Assembly (NCBI GenBank): GCA_000437315.1
Contig: FR899415.1
Coordinates: forward strand, 23,713 to 87,712
Length of the DNA: 64,000 nucleotides
Source of the DNA: Mycoplasma sp. CAG:472
GTDB taxonomy: Bacteria > Bacillota_I > Bacilli_A > RF39 > UBA660
Direction: 5' to 3'
Part shown: positions 10,479 through 20,801 of the stretch, in pieces
How positions within the stretch are numbered: position 1 is the stretch's first letter
Layout: each line of letters begins with the position of its first letter
Made by a program: the position numbers and the translations under genes
The notes under the pieces: model-generated
Told to the model about the DNA's origin: nothing
Databases searched by the model: none
What the model saw: the letters and a program-made list of their open reading frames with translations, nothing else

Positions 10479-12812
10479 CTAATAACTTAAAGGTACTTTA
10501 CTATTTTCATAATTTTCTTCATTAACCTTATCTTCCATAAGATCTAAATACACTCTATAATACTCTATATATTTTTGATTTAAATAATCAATTATTTCTT
10601 TACCATTTTTAAATGAAAAGTAGTCTAGTTCTTCAAAAGTATAGTTACTATCAAGCGATAAAATATCTTTTTTAATTTTATCTATTTCACTTAAAATCAA
10701 TTTTATATAACCATTAGAATTCTTTTCTATTTTATTATTCATCTCAGATAAAGCATAATCTTGTATTTGCTCCATTACATCTATTTTAGATACATTACCA
10801 GATACTTTTGTAAGTATTGGTACTAAGAATAATCTAATTTTTTTAATGAATTCATTTATATTTTTATAGCCAATATCACTTTTATTAGATAAATAATTAA
10901 TAATAGATTGTTCTTCATTTTCTAAATAAGTAATAATTTCTTCTTTAGTTTGCTCATCTTTACTATACATAAGTATATTATTTAAGGTATCTAAATCATT
11001 TAAAATTTCATAATCTATTTTAACTTCTTCATTATTTAGTTTTTTAATCATATTAGAAATTAAATCTAATATATCATAATAATCCATATTTTTTTCAAAG
11101 TTATGATATAAAATATCTCTTAGATTTTCTAGTTTAATAACAGCACTTGTATATACTCCATTATTTGTAGATAAAGATAAGCCAGTTTCTTTTTTACAAA
11201 GTCCATTATTATATTCAATAACAATTGTATCAACATTTTTACGAACGCTTTCTTTATCAAGACCTATATAGTCAATACTTAATATTTCTCTAGCAAGATC
11301 AAGTATATGCTCAGCTTCTTTAGAAAGTTTTGGTTTTTCCTCATTAGTTTTAGAGTCCTCAAACAGTTTAGTATTATCTTCCTTAATATCAGTAAAACTA
11401 TATTTGATGTTAGCATCTCCCAAAATATTTGTAATTTTTTCTTTATTTATACTTGGTCCAACCAGATTAATACTTTTTAATCCTATTTTAGAAAATAATG
11501 TTTGGGTATTAATATTATAATCTTTTTGTTCAAAAAAATAAGGTTTATAAAGAATATGCTTATATGTAAAATCTATTCCATTTCTCTTTTCAACTGCTTT
11601 AGCAAATAAGTTTATAAATCTTTGTGTATCATGCAAAAAAGCTATAAGTTCTTTTTCATTTTTATAATTAATAGTTAAATTAGAACCTTTTAAACAATTT
11701 CGAGCCAATTTTTTGCCACATAAATATAAACTTGCGAAAATATTAAAATCACAATGCATTGATACATTTTCAATTGGACTATCGACTAATAAAAATTTTT
11801 CAAGAACTTTAAAGTCATTTCCATCAATATTCAAATTTTTAATTTTAGCATTAACACCTAAAGAGGAAAAATTAAATGCATCAGCAAAAACTATTTTTTT
11901 GTCTCCTTTTATATTAATATTGAATACTGGATTAGATATAAAGTTATTTTCAGTTAAGTAAAATAACATATTTGTGGCTATTCTTTTTATACTTTCATCG
12001 ATGTTAATATTATATTCCCTCTCATCATGAAAATAAAGTTTTCCATCATTACTTACCTCAAAATCTGAATTAAAAGGAAAATAAATTCGTTGTAATTCAT
12101 CTAAATACTTTTGATTAACTAAATCTACTGGTTCTGTTAATCTAGTTATTTTATCTTGAAGAACATCCTTTAATAAATATTCATTAAGAAAGTTGTAACC
12201 ATATTTTTCAAAAGCTCTATCATTCATTTCTATAGAAAAACCTGCAATTATGTCTTTGCAAACTAAACTGTGCGATACTTCATCATAAAACCAATTAAGT
12301 GGCGTTACTTTAACATATAAATCATTTTCTTTAATATAAACATAATCTTCGCCATCTAAAGTAAATGAATCACACTCTACTATTTTATCTCCTATTGGTA
12401 TATGATACTTTTTATCATTAAACTTTTTTTCTTTACATGCATTACTTAATTTTTGAATTAATGTTTCATCTTTAATTATAGTTGTTGGGTAACTACCTAA
12501 TATAATTTCATTTTCTTTAATAGAGATACCATTTTTTTCTATGAAGCTTTCCATATTATTTGTATTAATAACTGGTCTTATTCCATAATATTCTTTAATG
12601 CCATTTATATACGCTTTATCCCAATGAGATAAATATTGTTTTTCGTATAATGGTTCACTAGCAATTAAATCTGAATAATTACCATATAAATACTTAACAA
12701 AATCAGTTGGAGTTGCATTAGTTCCCTTTTTTCTTAAAATATTTAACATCGAAGGAATCTGCACATCTATTTTGCTTAAAAATGTCATATATACTCTATC
12801 CATATCTTGCAC
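10479..12812 (-). CDS. large paralogous protein A1 (unknown family, no signal peptide)
   Basis: 777-aa ORF. Its C-terminal roughly 250 aa are near-identical to ORF 12864..15158 (ILDLA.EI.SIDYIG.DKE...VSGNVSKIDVMEQI). Central motif KGSNLTINYKNEKELIAFL is shared with all four array members. Confidence 0.75.
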   Translation of the reverse strand: MQDMDRVYMTFLSKIDVQIPSMLNILRKKGTNATPTDFVKYLYGNYSDLIASEPLYEKQYLSHWDKAYINGIKEYYGIRPVINTNNMESFIEKNGISIKENEIILGSYPTTIIKDETLIQKLSNACKEKKFNDKKYHIPIGDKIVECDSFTLDGEDYVYIKENDLYVKVTPLNWFYDEVSHSLVCKDIIAGFSIEMNDRAFEKYGYNFLNEYLLKDVLQDKITRLTEPVDLVNQKYLDELQRIYFPFNSDFEVSNDGKLYFHDEREYNINIDESIKRIATNMLFYLTENNFISNPVFNINIKGDKKIVFADAFNFSSLGVNAKIKNLNIDGNDFKVLEKFLLVDSPIENVSMHCDFNIFASLYLCGKKLARNCLKGSNLTINYKNEKELIAFLHDTQRFINLFAKAVEKRNGIDFTYKHILYKPYFFEQKDYNINTQTLFSKIGLKSINLVGPSINKEKITNILGDANIKYSFTDIKEDNTKLFEDSKTNEEKPKLSKEAEHILDLAREILSIDYIGLDKESVRKNVDTIVIEYNNGLCKKETGLSLSTNNGVYTSAVIKLENLRDILYHNFEKNMDYYDILDLISNMIKKLNNEEVKIDYEILNDLDTLNNILMYSKDEQTKEEIITYLENEEQSIINYLSNKSDIGYKNINEFIKKIRLFLVPILTKVSGNVSKIDVMEQIQDYALSEMNNKIEKNSNGYIKLILSEIDKIKKDILSLDSNYTFEELDYFSFKNGKEIIDYLNQKYIEYYRVYLDLMEDKVNEENYENSKVPLSY

Positions 12813-12863
12813 CCTTTTCTATAATAATTATATTAAAAAAGCAGTTACTTTGCAAGCAACTAC

Positions 12864-15158
12864 TTAATATATTTTAGGTATTAAATTTTTCTTATAAACA
12901 TTTTGTTTTTGTGTTTCATCATAAAGTCTTAAATATATTCCATAGTACTTTATAAATAAACTATCTAGATAATCAATTATTTCATTTCCTGTATTAAAGG
13001 ATGAAAAATCTATTTCTTCGAAAGTATAACTATTATCAAGTTTAAGTATATCCTCTTTAACATTATTTATTTCAGTTAATATAACCCTTATATAATTATT
13101 TTTATTTTCTAAAGATTTATTATTCATTTCATTTATAGCATAATTTTTAATTTGCTCCATTACATCTATTTTTGATACATTGCCACTTACTTTTGTAAGA
13201 ATTGGTACTAAAAATATTCTAAATTTTTTAATAAAATCATTTATATTTTTATAATCAATTTCTTTCTTATTACATAAATAATCAGTTATAGACTTTCTTT
13301 CACTTTCTAAATAAGTAATAATTTCTATTTTAGTTTGATTATCTTCACTATATTTTAAAATAATATTTAATGTGTTAATATCATTTAAAATTTCATAATT
13401 TAATTCTACTTCCTCATCATTAAGTTTTTTAATCAAACTAGAAATTAAATCTAATATATCATAATAATCAACATTTTTTTCAAAATTATGGTATAAAGTA
13501 TCTCTTAAGTTTTCTAATTTAATAACTGTATTTGTATACAAAGCACTATTCGTGGATAATGCTAAACCTTTTGTTTCTTTAGAATAAAGGTTATTATATT
13601 CATCAATTATTTCATCTACTTTTTCGCGTATATTTTCTTTATCAATTCCAATGTAATCAATACTTATTATTTCTTTAGCTAAATCTAAAATATGGGTTGC
13701 TTCTTTAGAAAGTGATGAATCATTAGGTATTTCTTTTAAAGTTTTATCCTCAAAAGTATAAAAAATATTTTCATCATTTCCAATTATCTTTTCAACTTTT
13801 TCTTTATTTATTTCAGGACCATTTAAAGTAAGAGTTGCAAGTCCTATCTGTTTAAATAAATTATTATCATAAAAATTATAATCTTCCTCTTTCAAAAAAA
13901 CACATTCATATACTACTTTTTTATAATCAAAATAAATTTGTTTATATTTTAAAGCATTCTTTTTAAGCACATTAACTAATTTTTTTATATCAATAAGAAA
14001 AGCATATACTTCTGTTTCTGATGTATAATTGATAGTTAAATTAGAACCCTTTAATATATTATGACCTATAACATCACCAGATAAATATAGTGTAGCAAAT
14101 TGATTTAGATCACATCTTATATTTGCATTATCTATATAACTGCCAGCACAAATAACTGGATGATTAACCACTAAATTATTAACATCAATAACTATGTTAG
14201 AAATTCTAGCATTTATTCCAAGTGAAACAAAATCAAGTGCATGAGAATAAGCTATTTTATTATTGCCTTTAATAGTTATATTAAAAATAGGATTATGTTT
14301 ATAACTATTTTTAAAAGTGTATTCTAAAGCATTAAAACTAGTTAAGTCTATTTTTTCATCGATATTTATATTATATTCATTTTCATCGTGTGAATATAGT
14401 TTTCCTTCACTATCTATATCAATATCATAATCGTATGGTAAATACATTTCACTTGAGTCTTTTTCCACTATTAAATTAACAGGTTTAGTTAAACTTATTA
14501 CATTATTTTTAAAAATATCTCTAATTAAGTACTCATTTAAAAAATTATAACCATATTTTTGAAAATCATTAATTCCAATACTTGTGTAAAATGCACAAAT
14601 GACATCTTTAGAAATTAAAGAGTTTGATGCTTCATCATAGTACCAAACAAGCGGATTAATTTTAACAAATATATCTTTACCCTTTATATAAATATAATCT
14701 TCATCATTAAATGTAACAGTTTGGCATGATGTAATATCCTCTCCAATTGGAACGTTATATACTTTATCATTAAACCCGAGTTTTTTTAATGATTTAATAA
14801 GAGTATCATCAGCAACTATTTTTGTAGGATAACTTCCTAAAACTACTTCATCATTACTAATTAACGTTGCATTTTGCCTTATAAGTTTGCTCATTAAACC
14901 ATCGGTTTTTAAAATGGTTCTAATACCATAATAATTTTTTAGGTTATAGGGTTTTATGTTATCAATACTTTGTTTTCTACTTATTTGTTCATAAGTAGTT
15001 GAGTATGAATTATTTTCGCCATATAAAAATTTAGTAAATTCTGTTTGAGATGAAGCAATTCCCTTTTCTCTAAAAACATTTAATTTATTAGGCATTTCTA
15101 TTTCCGGCTCAGATATAAATGTTAAATATACTCCATTATTTACGCTCTTTTCTTCCAT
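12864..15158 (-). CDS. large paralogous protein A2 (unknown family)
   Basis: 764-aa ORF, paralog of 10479..12812 along its whole length (FQKYGYNFLNEYLIRDI, KGSNLTINYTSETEVYAFL, conserved C-terminal module). Confidence 0.75.
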   Translation of the reverse strand: MEEKSVNNGVYLTFISEPEIEMPNKLNVFREKGIASSQTEFTKFLYGENNSYSTTYEQISRKQSIDNIKPYNLKNYYGIRTILKTDGLMSKLIRQNATLISNDEVVLGSYPTKIVADDTLIKSLKKLGFNDKVYNVPIGEDITSCQTVTFNDEDYIYIKGKDIFVKINPLVWYYDEASNSLISKDVICAFYTSIGINDFQKYGYNFLNEYLIRDIFKNNVISLTKPVNLIVEKDSSEMYLPYDYDIDIDSEGKLYSHDENEYNINIDEKIDLTSFNALEYTFKNSYKHNPIFNITIKGNNKIAYSHALDFVSLGINARISNIVIDVNNLVVNHPVICAGSYIDNANIRCDLNQFATLYLSGDVIGHNILKGSNLTINYTSETEVYAFLIDIKKLVNVLKKNALKYKQIYFDYKKVVYECVFLKEEDYNFYDNNLFKQIGLATLTLNGPEINKEKVEKIIGNDENIFYTFEDKTLKEIPNDSSLSKEATHILDLAKEIISIDYIGIDKENIREKVDEIIDEYNNLYSKETKGLALSTNSALYTNTVIKLENLRDTLYHNFEKNVDYYDILDLISSLIKKLNDEEVELNYEILNDINTLNIILKYSEDNQTKIEIITYLESERKSITDYLCNKKEIDYKNINDFIKKFRIFLVPILTKVSGNVSKIDVMEQIKNYAINEMNNKSLENKNNYIRVILTEINNVKEDILKLDNSYTFEEIDFSSFNTGNEIIDYLDSLFIKYYGIYLRLYDETQKQNVYKKNLIPKIY

Positions 15159-15170
15159 AATAATCCTTTC

Positions 15171-15647
15171 TTATTTTAAAACTCTTTTTCTTACTAAAGG
15201 TTTAGATAAATCTTCAGAATTATTTAAAGTATAATTATTGTCTTTCTTAGGTTCATTTTCTAATTCATTTAATTTTGATATTGCTTTAGTAAGTTCTTCT
15301 TCATAAGTTTTAATATAACTACTATCTTGAATAACTGTATTTCTTATATTTAAATAATCCTCATTTAATTTTTTATATTCTTTTGAAGTCTTTACTAACC
15401 TATCTAATGTGCCTGCATATATGGATATAGATATTAAACTTGGTAAAATATTTCCCGTAGCTAAAGCATATGTTACTAATATAAAAAACATCGAATTAAT
15501 AATAAAAAGTATTATAGTTTCTATTAATGAAAATATCTTTGAGGACTTTGCACTTTTTAATTTTGTTTCATCCTTAATAAGTTTTTCATTATAATATTCA
15601 AGCATATTATTTGCTCTTTTAATTTGATTTTCTAATTCCCTATTCAT
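15171..15647 (-). CDS. small membrane/coiled-coil protein with conserved C-terminal SKPLVRKRVLK motif
   Basis: 158 aa with a central hydrophobic hairpin (IFSLIETIILFIINSMFFILVTYALATGNILPSLISISIYAG) flanked by coiled-coil. Paralog of 59916..60449, which shares the C-terminal motif SKPMVRKLILK. Confidence 0.65.
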   Translation of the reverse strand: MNRELENQIKRANNMLEYYNEKLIKDETKLKSAKSSKIFSLIETIILFIINSMFFILVTYALATGNILPSLISISIYAGTLDRLVKTSKEYKKLNEDYLNIRNTVIQDSSYIKTYEEELTKAISKLNELENEPKKDNNYTLNNSEDLSKPLVRKRVLK

Positions 15648-17797
15648 TTTATTAACCTCATTTTGTAACTTTCTTTCTTCAATTTACTTATATTATTAAA
15701 TTTAATCTTATAATATAATCCATAAATCTCCATTAAAATACTATCAACATATTTAATAATTTCATTACTTTCCATATTGCTATAATCAATATTAATTTTA
15801 TCAATAATGTTATGTACTCCGAGATTTGTTGGATTAATATCAAATATTTCGTTTTTAATTTTATCTATTTCTAATAAAACAATAGATAAATAGTTTTTAA
15901 TTGGTTCTTTATAATTAATTTTCATTTGCATATTTGTATAATCTCTAATTACATCAAGGATTTCTTCCTTATTTAAATAATTTCTTATACTTAATAAAGT
16001 TATATTTAAATATGTTCTAATACTTAAAATGAATTTATCCATGTCTTCATAAGGTCGATTTTCACCAGTAAGAAGATAATTTTCTAGTTTATGTTTTTCA
16101 TTTTCTAAATAATTTCTTAAATCATCAGTTATTTTTTCTTCGACAAACGGAAGTATATTTTTTGATAGTGAATAAAAATCATTTTCTAAAGAGGTATTTA
16201 TAACTATTTCTTCATTATTTAAAATACTTAATAAATTATTAACTTCATCAAGCATATCATAAACCACAAGATTTTTTTCAAATTTTTGATAAAGACTCTC
16301 TTTTAACAAATTTAATTTTACTAAAAGTTCTGTATAAAGTCCTTCCTCACTCTGTAGGGACAATCCCTCTTTTAAATTTGATAAATCTTTATTATATTTA
16401 ATTAATATTTCATTAATTTTATTTTTAACATCATTTTTATCAAGTCCAAAATAATCAATAGATAATATTTCATCGATTATATCATCTGCGATTAAAGTTG
16501 TTTTATTTACTTTTTGTTTTTCTTCAGTATGTTCTTGTCCTTTAGTTACATCTAACTTTTCAATTACAAAATGCACATTATCATTTTTAAGCATTCTTTT
16601 TATTTTATTTTGTACTCCATGGGAAAGCTCAGAACCATATAATGTAATATCAATATCAGATAGTGATACCTTTTTTTTAAATTCATATAAAGGGTATTCC
16701 CAAATTTCATTATCAAACTTAAATTCTATACCTGGAACATATTTATCAAATGATTCATCAAATATAAACTTTCTACTTTTTTTACTATCCAACTTTTTAT
16801 CTAACAATATAAAATAATGTAAAAAGTCCAAAAGTTCTTTTTCATTTTTATAAATCAATGTTAATTTGCTATTTTTATCAAATACGTATACAAATTCTGA
16901 ATATCCAATATTAATAATACTTTTCATTAATTCTATATTACATGGTATTTGTAAAAAATTAATTGGTTTATTTGTAATTAATGAACGCAGTTTCATTTTT
17001 CCATTAAAGTTTTTATCAAAAATAATTGAATTGATCTGACCATTATAAACAGTCATTATACTTTGCAAATTTTCAACTGTACTTGGAAAATAAATATCAT
17101 ATAAAATATTTTCTTTAGCAGGCAATTTTTTAGATGGACAATTTATCACTTTTACATTTTCAGGAATATCTATTTTTATTAAAGTCTTTGGCTTTTCTAA
17201 AACTATTTTTCCACTTTTATAGCTAATGTCAATTTGTCTTTTGTAATTAGGAAGTTCAATTTCATCAAGGGTTTCATTAAAAATTTTGTATATTGCTTCA
17301 TATGAATTTATTCTATCTACATCTTTCACGTCAAAAATTTTAGGTAAAATCGTATCATTTAAATATTCATTCATTAAAGAAATATCAAAAAATCTTTTCT
17401 TTAGCAAACTTATAACAGTACTTCTTGTGTAAGATGTATTAAGACAAGTAAAATATTTACCATTATTACACGTCCACTCTAAAGGAACTAAACTATAAAA
17501 GTCTTTACCATCAAAAATAATGTCATCAGGCAAGTCATGAACTTCATATTTTTCTTCATTAGTTGGTTCTGTTTTTTTATTCTTTTTAGTGTTAATTGTA
17601 TCTACTTTAGGTATTAAAGAAATGTGTTCGTACTTTAATTTATCTATTAAGTTTTTATCTTTGATTAACCTTTTTTCAACTCCAAAAATATATTTATTAT
17701 TATTAAATTTTAAAGTACTTTTAAATTTATCTAGGTTACCTTCAATATACATTGTAAGAAGCCCGTTTTCATCAAAATCTAAATATAATTTATCCAT
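15644..17797 (-). CDS. large paralogous protein B1 (unknown family)
   Basis: Likely start MDKLYLDFD at 17795-17797, preceded by GGGGGA. The tracked ORF starts earlier in read-through. Homologous throughout to 17852..19981 and more distantly to A1/A2 (KNSKLTLIYKNEKELLDFL, shared C-terminal module). Confidence 0.75.
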   Translation of the reverse strand: MDKLYLDFDENGLLTMYIEGNLDKFKSTLKFNNNKYIFGVEKRLIKDKNLIDKLKYEHISLIPKVDTINTKKNKKTEPTNEEKYEVHDLPDDIIFDGKDFYSLVPLEWTCNNGKYFTCLNTSYTRSTVISLLKKRFFDISLMNEYLNDTILPKIFDVKDVDRINSYEAIYKIFNETLDEIELPNYKRQIDISYKSGKIVLEKPKTLIKIDIPENVKVINCPSKKLPAKENILYDIYFPSTVENLQSIMTVYNGQINSIIFDKNFNGKMKLRSLITNKPINFLQIPCNIELMKSIINIGYSEFVYVFDKNSKLTLIYKNEKELLDFLHYFILLDKKLDSKKSRKFIFDESFDKYVPGIEFKFDNEIWEYPLYEFKKKVSLSDIDITLYGSELSHGVQNKIKRMLKNDNVHFVIEKLDVTKGQEHTEEKQKVNKTTLIADDIIDEILSIDYFGLDKNDVKNKINEILIKYNKDLSNLKEGLSLQSEEGLYTELLVKLNLLKESLYQKFEKNLVVYDMLDEVNNLLSILNNEEIVINTSLENDFYSLSKNILPFVEEKITDDLRNYLENEKHKLENYLLTGENRPYEDMDKFILSIRTYLNITLLSIRNYLNKEEILDVIRDYTNMQMKINYKEPIKNYLSIVLLEIDKIKNEIFDINPTNLGVHNIIDKINIDYSNMESNEIIKYVDSILMEIYGLYYKIKFNNISKLKKESYKMRLIK

Positions 17798-17851
17798 ATA
17801 TCCCCCTTTTGGTAAGAAATATTCTACCACACAATAAAGAAAATAGAAAGT

Positions 17852-19981
17852 CTATAATTTTATCTTATAGCTTTCCATTTTCAAATCTAAATCGCGTTCA
17901 TATTTAACATTTAAATAAAATCTATATAATTTATTAAATATATTAGTTAAATGGGCAATTATTTCCATACTTTCTAGTGCTTGATAATTAATATTTAGCA
18001 TATTTAAAATGTCATCAATATCAGCAGTTTTGTCAATACTTAAAATCTCTTTTTTAGTTTTATCTATCTCCTGCAATAAAATTGATAAATAATTTTTAAT
18101 TGGTTCTTTATAATTAATTTGCATTTGCATATTTGTATAATCTTTAATTACTTCGAGGATCTCTTCTTTATTTAGATAGTTTCTTATACTAAGTAGTGTT
18201 ATATTCAAGTATGTTCTTATGTTTAAAATAAATTTATCCATATCATCATAAGGTTTATTTTCTCCAGTAAGAAGATAATTTTCTAATTTTTGTTTTTCAC
18301 TTTCTAAATAATTTCTTAAATCATCAGTTATTTTTTTTTCGACAAACGGAAGTATATTTTTTGATAGTAAATAAAAATCACTTTCTAAAGAATTATTTAT
18401 AATTACTTCTTCACCATTTAAAATGCTTATTAAAATATTTCCTTCATCAAGCATATCATAAACCACAAGATTTTTTTCAAATTTTTGATAAAGGCTATCC
18501 TTTAACTCGTTAAGTTTTAATAAAAGATTTGTATATAATCCCTCATTACTATGTAAAGTTAAACCTTTATTTGAAACTTTTAAATTATCTAAATCTTCAT
18601 TATATTTGTCAATAATTGCTTTAAGCTGTCCATTTACTTTTTCTTTATCAAGGCCAAAATAATTGATAGACTTTATCTCTTCAATTACATCATCCGCAAT
18701 CAAAGTAATTTTATTTACTTCTTGATTCTGATCTTTAGTTTTCTCTAATTCATCAATTACAAAATGTACTTTATCATTTTTAATCATCTTTTTTATTTTA
18801 TTTTGAACTTTTTTAGAAAGTTCAGTACCACATAACATAATGCCAATATCGGATAATGATGCCTCTTTTTTAAAATCATATAAAGGAATTTTATAAACTT
18901 CATTATCAAACTTAAAATTAACTCCAGCTTCAAGTTCTCCTCTAGAATTTTTTAATAATGACCGAATATTTTTACTATCTAATTTTCTATCTAATCTGAT
19001 AAAATAGTTTAGGAAATTTAAAAGTTCATTTTCATCTTTATAGGTTATTGTTAATTTGCTATTTTTACCAAATATATATGTAAAACCATCATAACTAAAA
19101 TTAATAATACTTTTCATTAGCTCTATGTTACAAGGAATTTTTAAATTATTAACCGAGTCAGAAGAAATAAAAGCATGTTTAGCAACTTGCCCATTAAAAT
19201 CTTTGTCAAAAATAAGTGAGTTTATTTTATCGGAATAAAAATCATATAAATAATCAACTTGTTTTACACTGTCAGGAATATATATATCATACAAAAAACC
19301 ATTTCTTGTATATTTAGAGACGAGTTCACAATTTATCTGTGAAGCAGTTTTTGGAATATTTATTTTTATTAAAGTAGTAGGCCTTTCTAAAATAATTTTA
19401 CCATTCTCGTATTTTATATCCATTTTTCTAGCGTATGCAGGAAATTCAATTCTATCAAGAATTCCATTAACAACATTACATTTTGCTTCATAAGAATCTA
19501 TTCTATCAACGGTTTTTACTTCAAAAATTATAGGTAATATTGTATTATTTAAATACACATTTGGTAAAGCATCATTTAAGTAATCACTATCATACATACT
19601 CATAACAGTACTTCTTGTATAATTGGTATTAAGACAAGTAAAATATTTACCATTATCTTTCCATTCTAAAGGAACTATCTTATAAAAGTTTTTTCCATCA
19701 AAAATTATGTCAACAGCTAAATCACAAACCTCATATTTTTCTTCATTAATTGATTCAATTTTTTCTTCCTTTTTAGAGTTAATTGTATCTACTCTAGGTA
19801 TCAAATAAATATCTTCATATAGTTTTTCAATTTCTTTTCTATTTTCAATTAATTTTTTTTCAAAACCGAAAAATAATTTACCATCTTTATTTTGAATAGC
19901 TTTAATAAATTTACCTACATCGCCATCGATATGCATCGTAAGTTTACCATCAGAATCAAAATCTAAATATAATTTATCCAT
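17852..19981 (-). CDS. large paralogous protein B2 (unknown family)
   Basis: Same start context as B1 (identical 5' region AAAGGGGGATATATGGATAAATTATATTTAGATTTTGAT) and long stretches of nucleotide identity to B1. Confidence 0.75.
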   Translation of the reverse strand: MDKLYLDFDSDGKLTMHIDGDVGKFIKAIQNKDGKLFFGFEKKLIENRKEIEKLYEDIYLIPRVDTINSKKEEKIESINEEKYEVCDLAVDIIFDGKNFYKIVPLEWKDNGKYFTCLNTNYTRSTVMSMYDSDYLNDALPNVYLNNTILPIIFEVKTVDRIDSYEAKCNVVNGILDRIEFPAYARKMDIKYENGKIILERPTTLIKINIPKTASQINCELVSKYTRNGFLYDIYIPDSVKQVDYLYDFYSDKINSLIFDKDFNGQVAKHAFISSDSVNNLKIPCNIELMKSIINFSYDGFTYIFGKNSKLTITYKDENELLNFLNYFIRLDRKLDSKNIRSLLKNSRGELEAGVNFKFDNEVYKIPLYDFKKEASLSDIGIMLCGTELSKKVQNKIKKMIKNDKVHFVIDELEKTKDQNQEVNKITLIADDVIEEIKSINYFGLDKEKVNGQLKAIIDKYNEDLDNLKVSNKGLTLHSNEGLYTNLLLKLNELKDSLYQKFEKNLVVYDMLDEGNILISILNGEEVIINNSLESDFYLLSKNILPFVEKKITDDLRNYLESEKQKLENYLLTGENKPYDDMDKFILNIRTYLNITLLSIRNYLNKEEILEVIKDYTNMQMQINYKEPIKNYLSILLQEIDKTKKEILSIDKTADIDDILNMLNINYQALESMEIIAHLTNIFNKLYRFYLNVKYERDLDLKMESYKIKL

Positions 19982-20109
19982 ATATCCCCCTTTTGGTAAG
20001 AAATATTCTACCACAGCAAAGATAATTATACAATAATCAATGTAAACATATTTTTTAAAGTAGCAATAAATAGTAAAATGTGATAAGATATTTTTAAGGA
20101 AGTGAAAGT

Positions 20110-20742
20110 GTGAAAAAATTTTTTATAACATTACTTTGTATTGGACTTGTAGTCGGAGGATTTATTGGAGTAAAAAAATATCGTGCAGCTAAAGTTGAGG
20201 AAAAAAGAATTGAGGAAGCTAAAAAAGGATGGCATGTAGAAATTCTTACTGATTATATTAATATTAGAGATCAAGCAGATAGATATTCAAACATTCTTGG
20301 TCAAGTTAAAAAAGGTGGAATTTATAAAGTAATAAAATATAGTTTAAATGATCCTAACCTATATTGGTATTACGTACAACTTCCCGAAGGTAAACGTGGA
20401 TGGATTGCAAATAATACATCAGGAACATATTTAAAAGATTGGAATAATCCCGAAGATATTGCTACACCAATTATTAAATTTAAGGAAAACGTTTATAAAG
20501 TAGTAAGTATTAATGATATTAATTATAATCATTTAGAGACTTGGGATGATAAAGATGATTATAAAATAACTCATATTGTTTACCATGAAGTTGATGCATT
20601 AAGGGGTATTGACCAATACTGGATTAAATATACAATAACAGATGCATCAGGAAAATATTCTTCGAAAACACAAAAAATTGAATTTGAAAATAAACCATCT
20701 GAAGATGAAGTAACATCATTTGCATATTATGATCCAGATTAA
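20110..20742 (+). CDS. membrane-anchored protein with bacterial SH3-like domain
   Basis: N-terminal TM helix followed by an SH3b-like segment (YINIRDQADRYSNILGQVKKGGIYKV...YWYYVQLPEGKRGWIA). Confidence 0.6.
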   Translation: MKKFFITLLCIGLVVGGFIGVKKYRAAKVEEKRIEEAKKGWHVEILTDYINIRDQADRYSNILGQVKKGGIYKVIKYSLNDPNLYWYYVQLPEGKRGWIANNTSGTYLKDWNNPEDIATPIIKFKENVYKVVSINDINYNHLETWDDKDDYKITHIVYHEVDALRGIDQYWIKYTITDASGKYSSKTQKIEFENKPSEDEVTSFAYYDPD

Positions 20743-20743
20743 A

Positions 20744-20771
20744 CTTAAGCATTTTGCTTAAGTTTTTTTTT
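20744..20771 (+). terminator. Rho-independent terminator (CTTAAGC-loop-GCTTAAG plus T9)
   Basis: Perfect 7-bp stem with T-run directly after the stop of the 20110..20742 gene. Confidence 0.6.
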
Positions 20772-20801
20772 AAAATAAAATAAGAACTAATTCACTAGTT
20801 C

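Noticed and set aside
12813-12863. Imperfect palindrome GTTACTTTGCAAGCAAC between paralogs A1 and A2 as a regulatory site
   Set aside because: Only 6 of 8 arm positions pair, and it lacks a U-tract or promoter context. Not distinguishable from chance.
10479-20014. Repetitive near-identical segments that could be mistaken for a CRISPR array or IS copies
   Set aside because: The repeats are kilobase-scale paralogous coding sequences in long ORFs. They are not short, regularly spaced direct repeats with unique spacers, and no cas genes or transposase are present.
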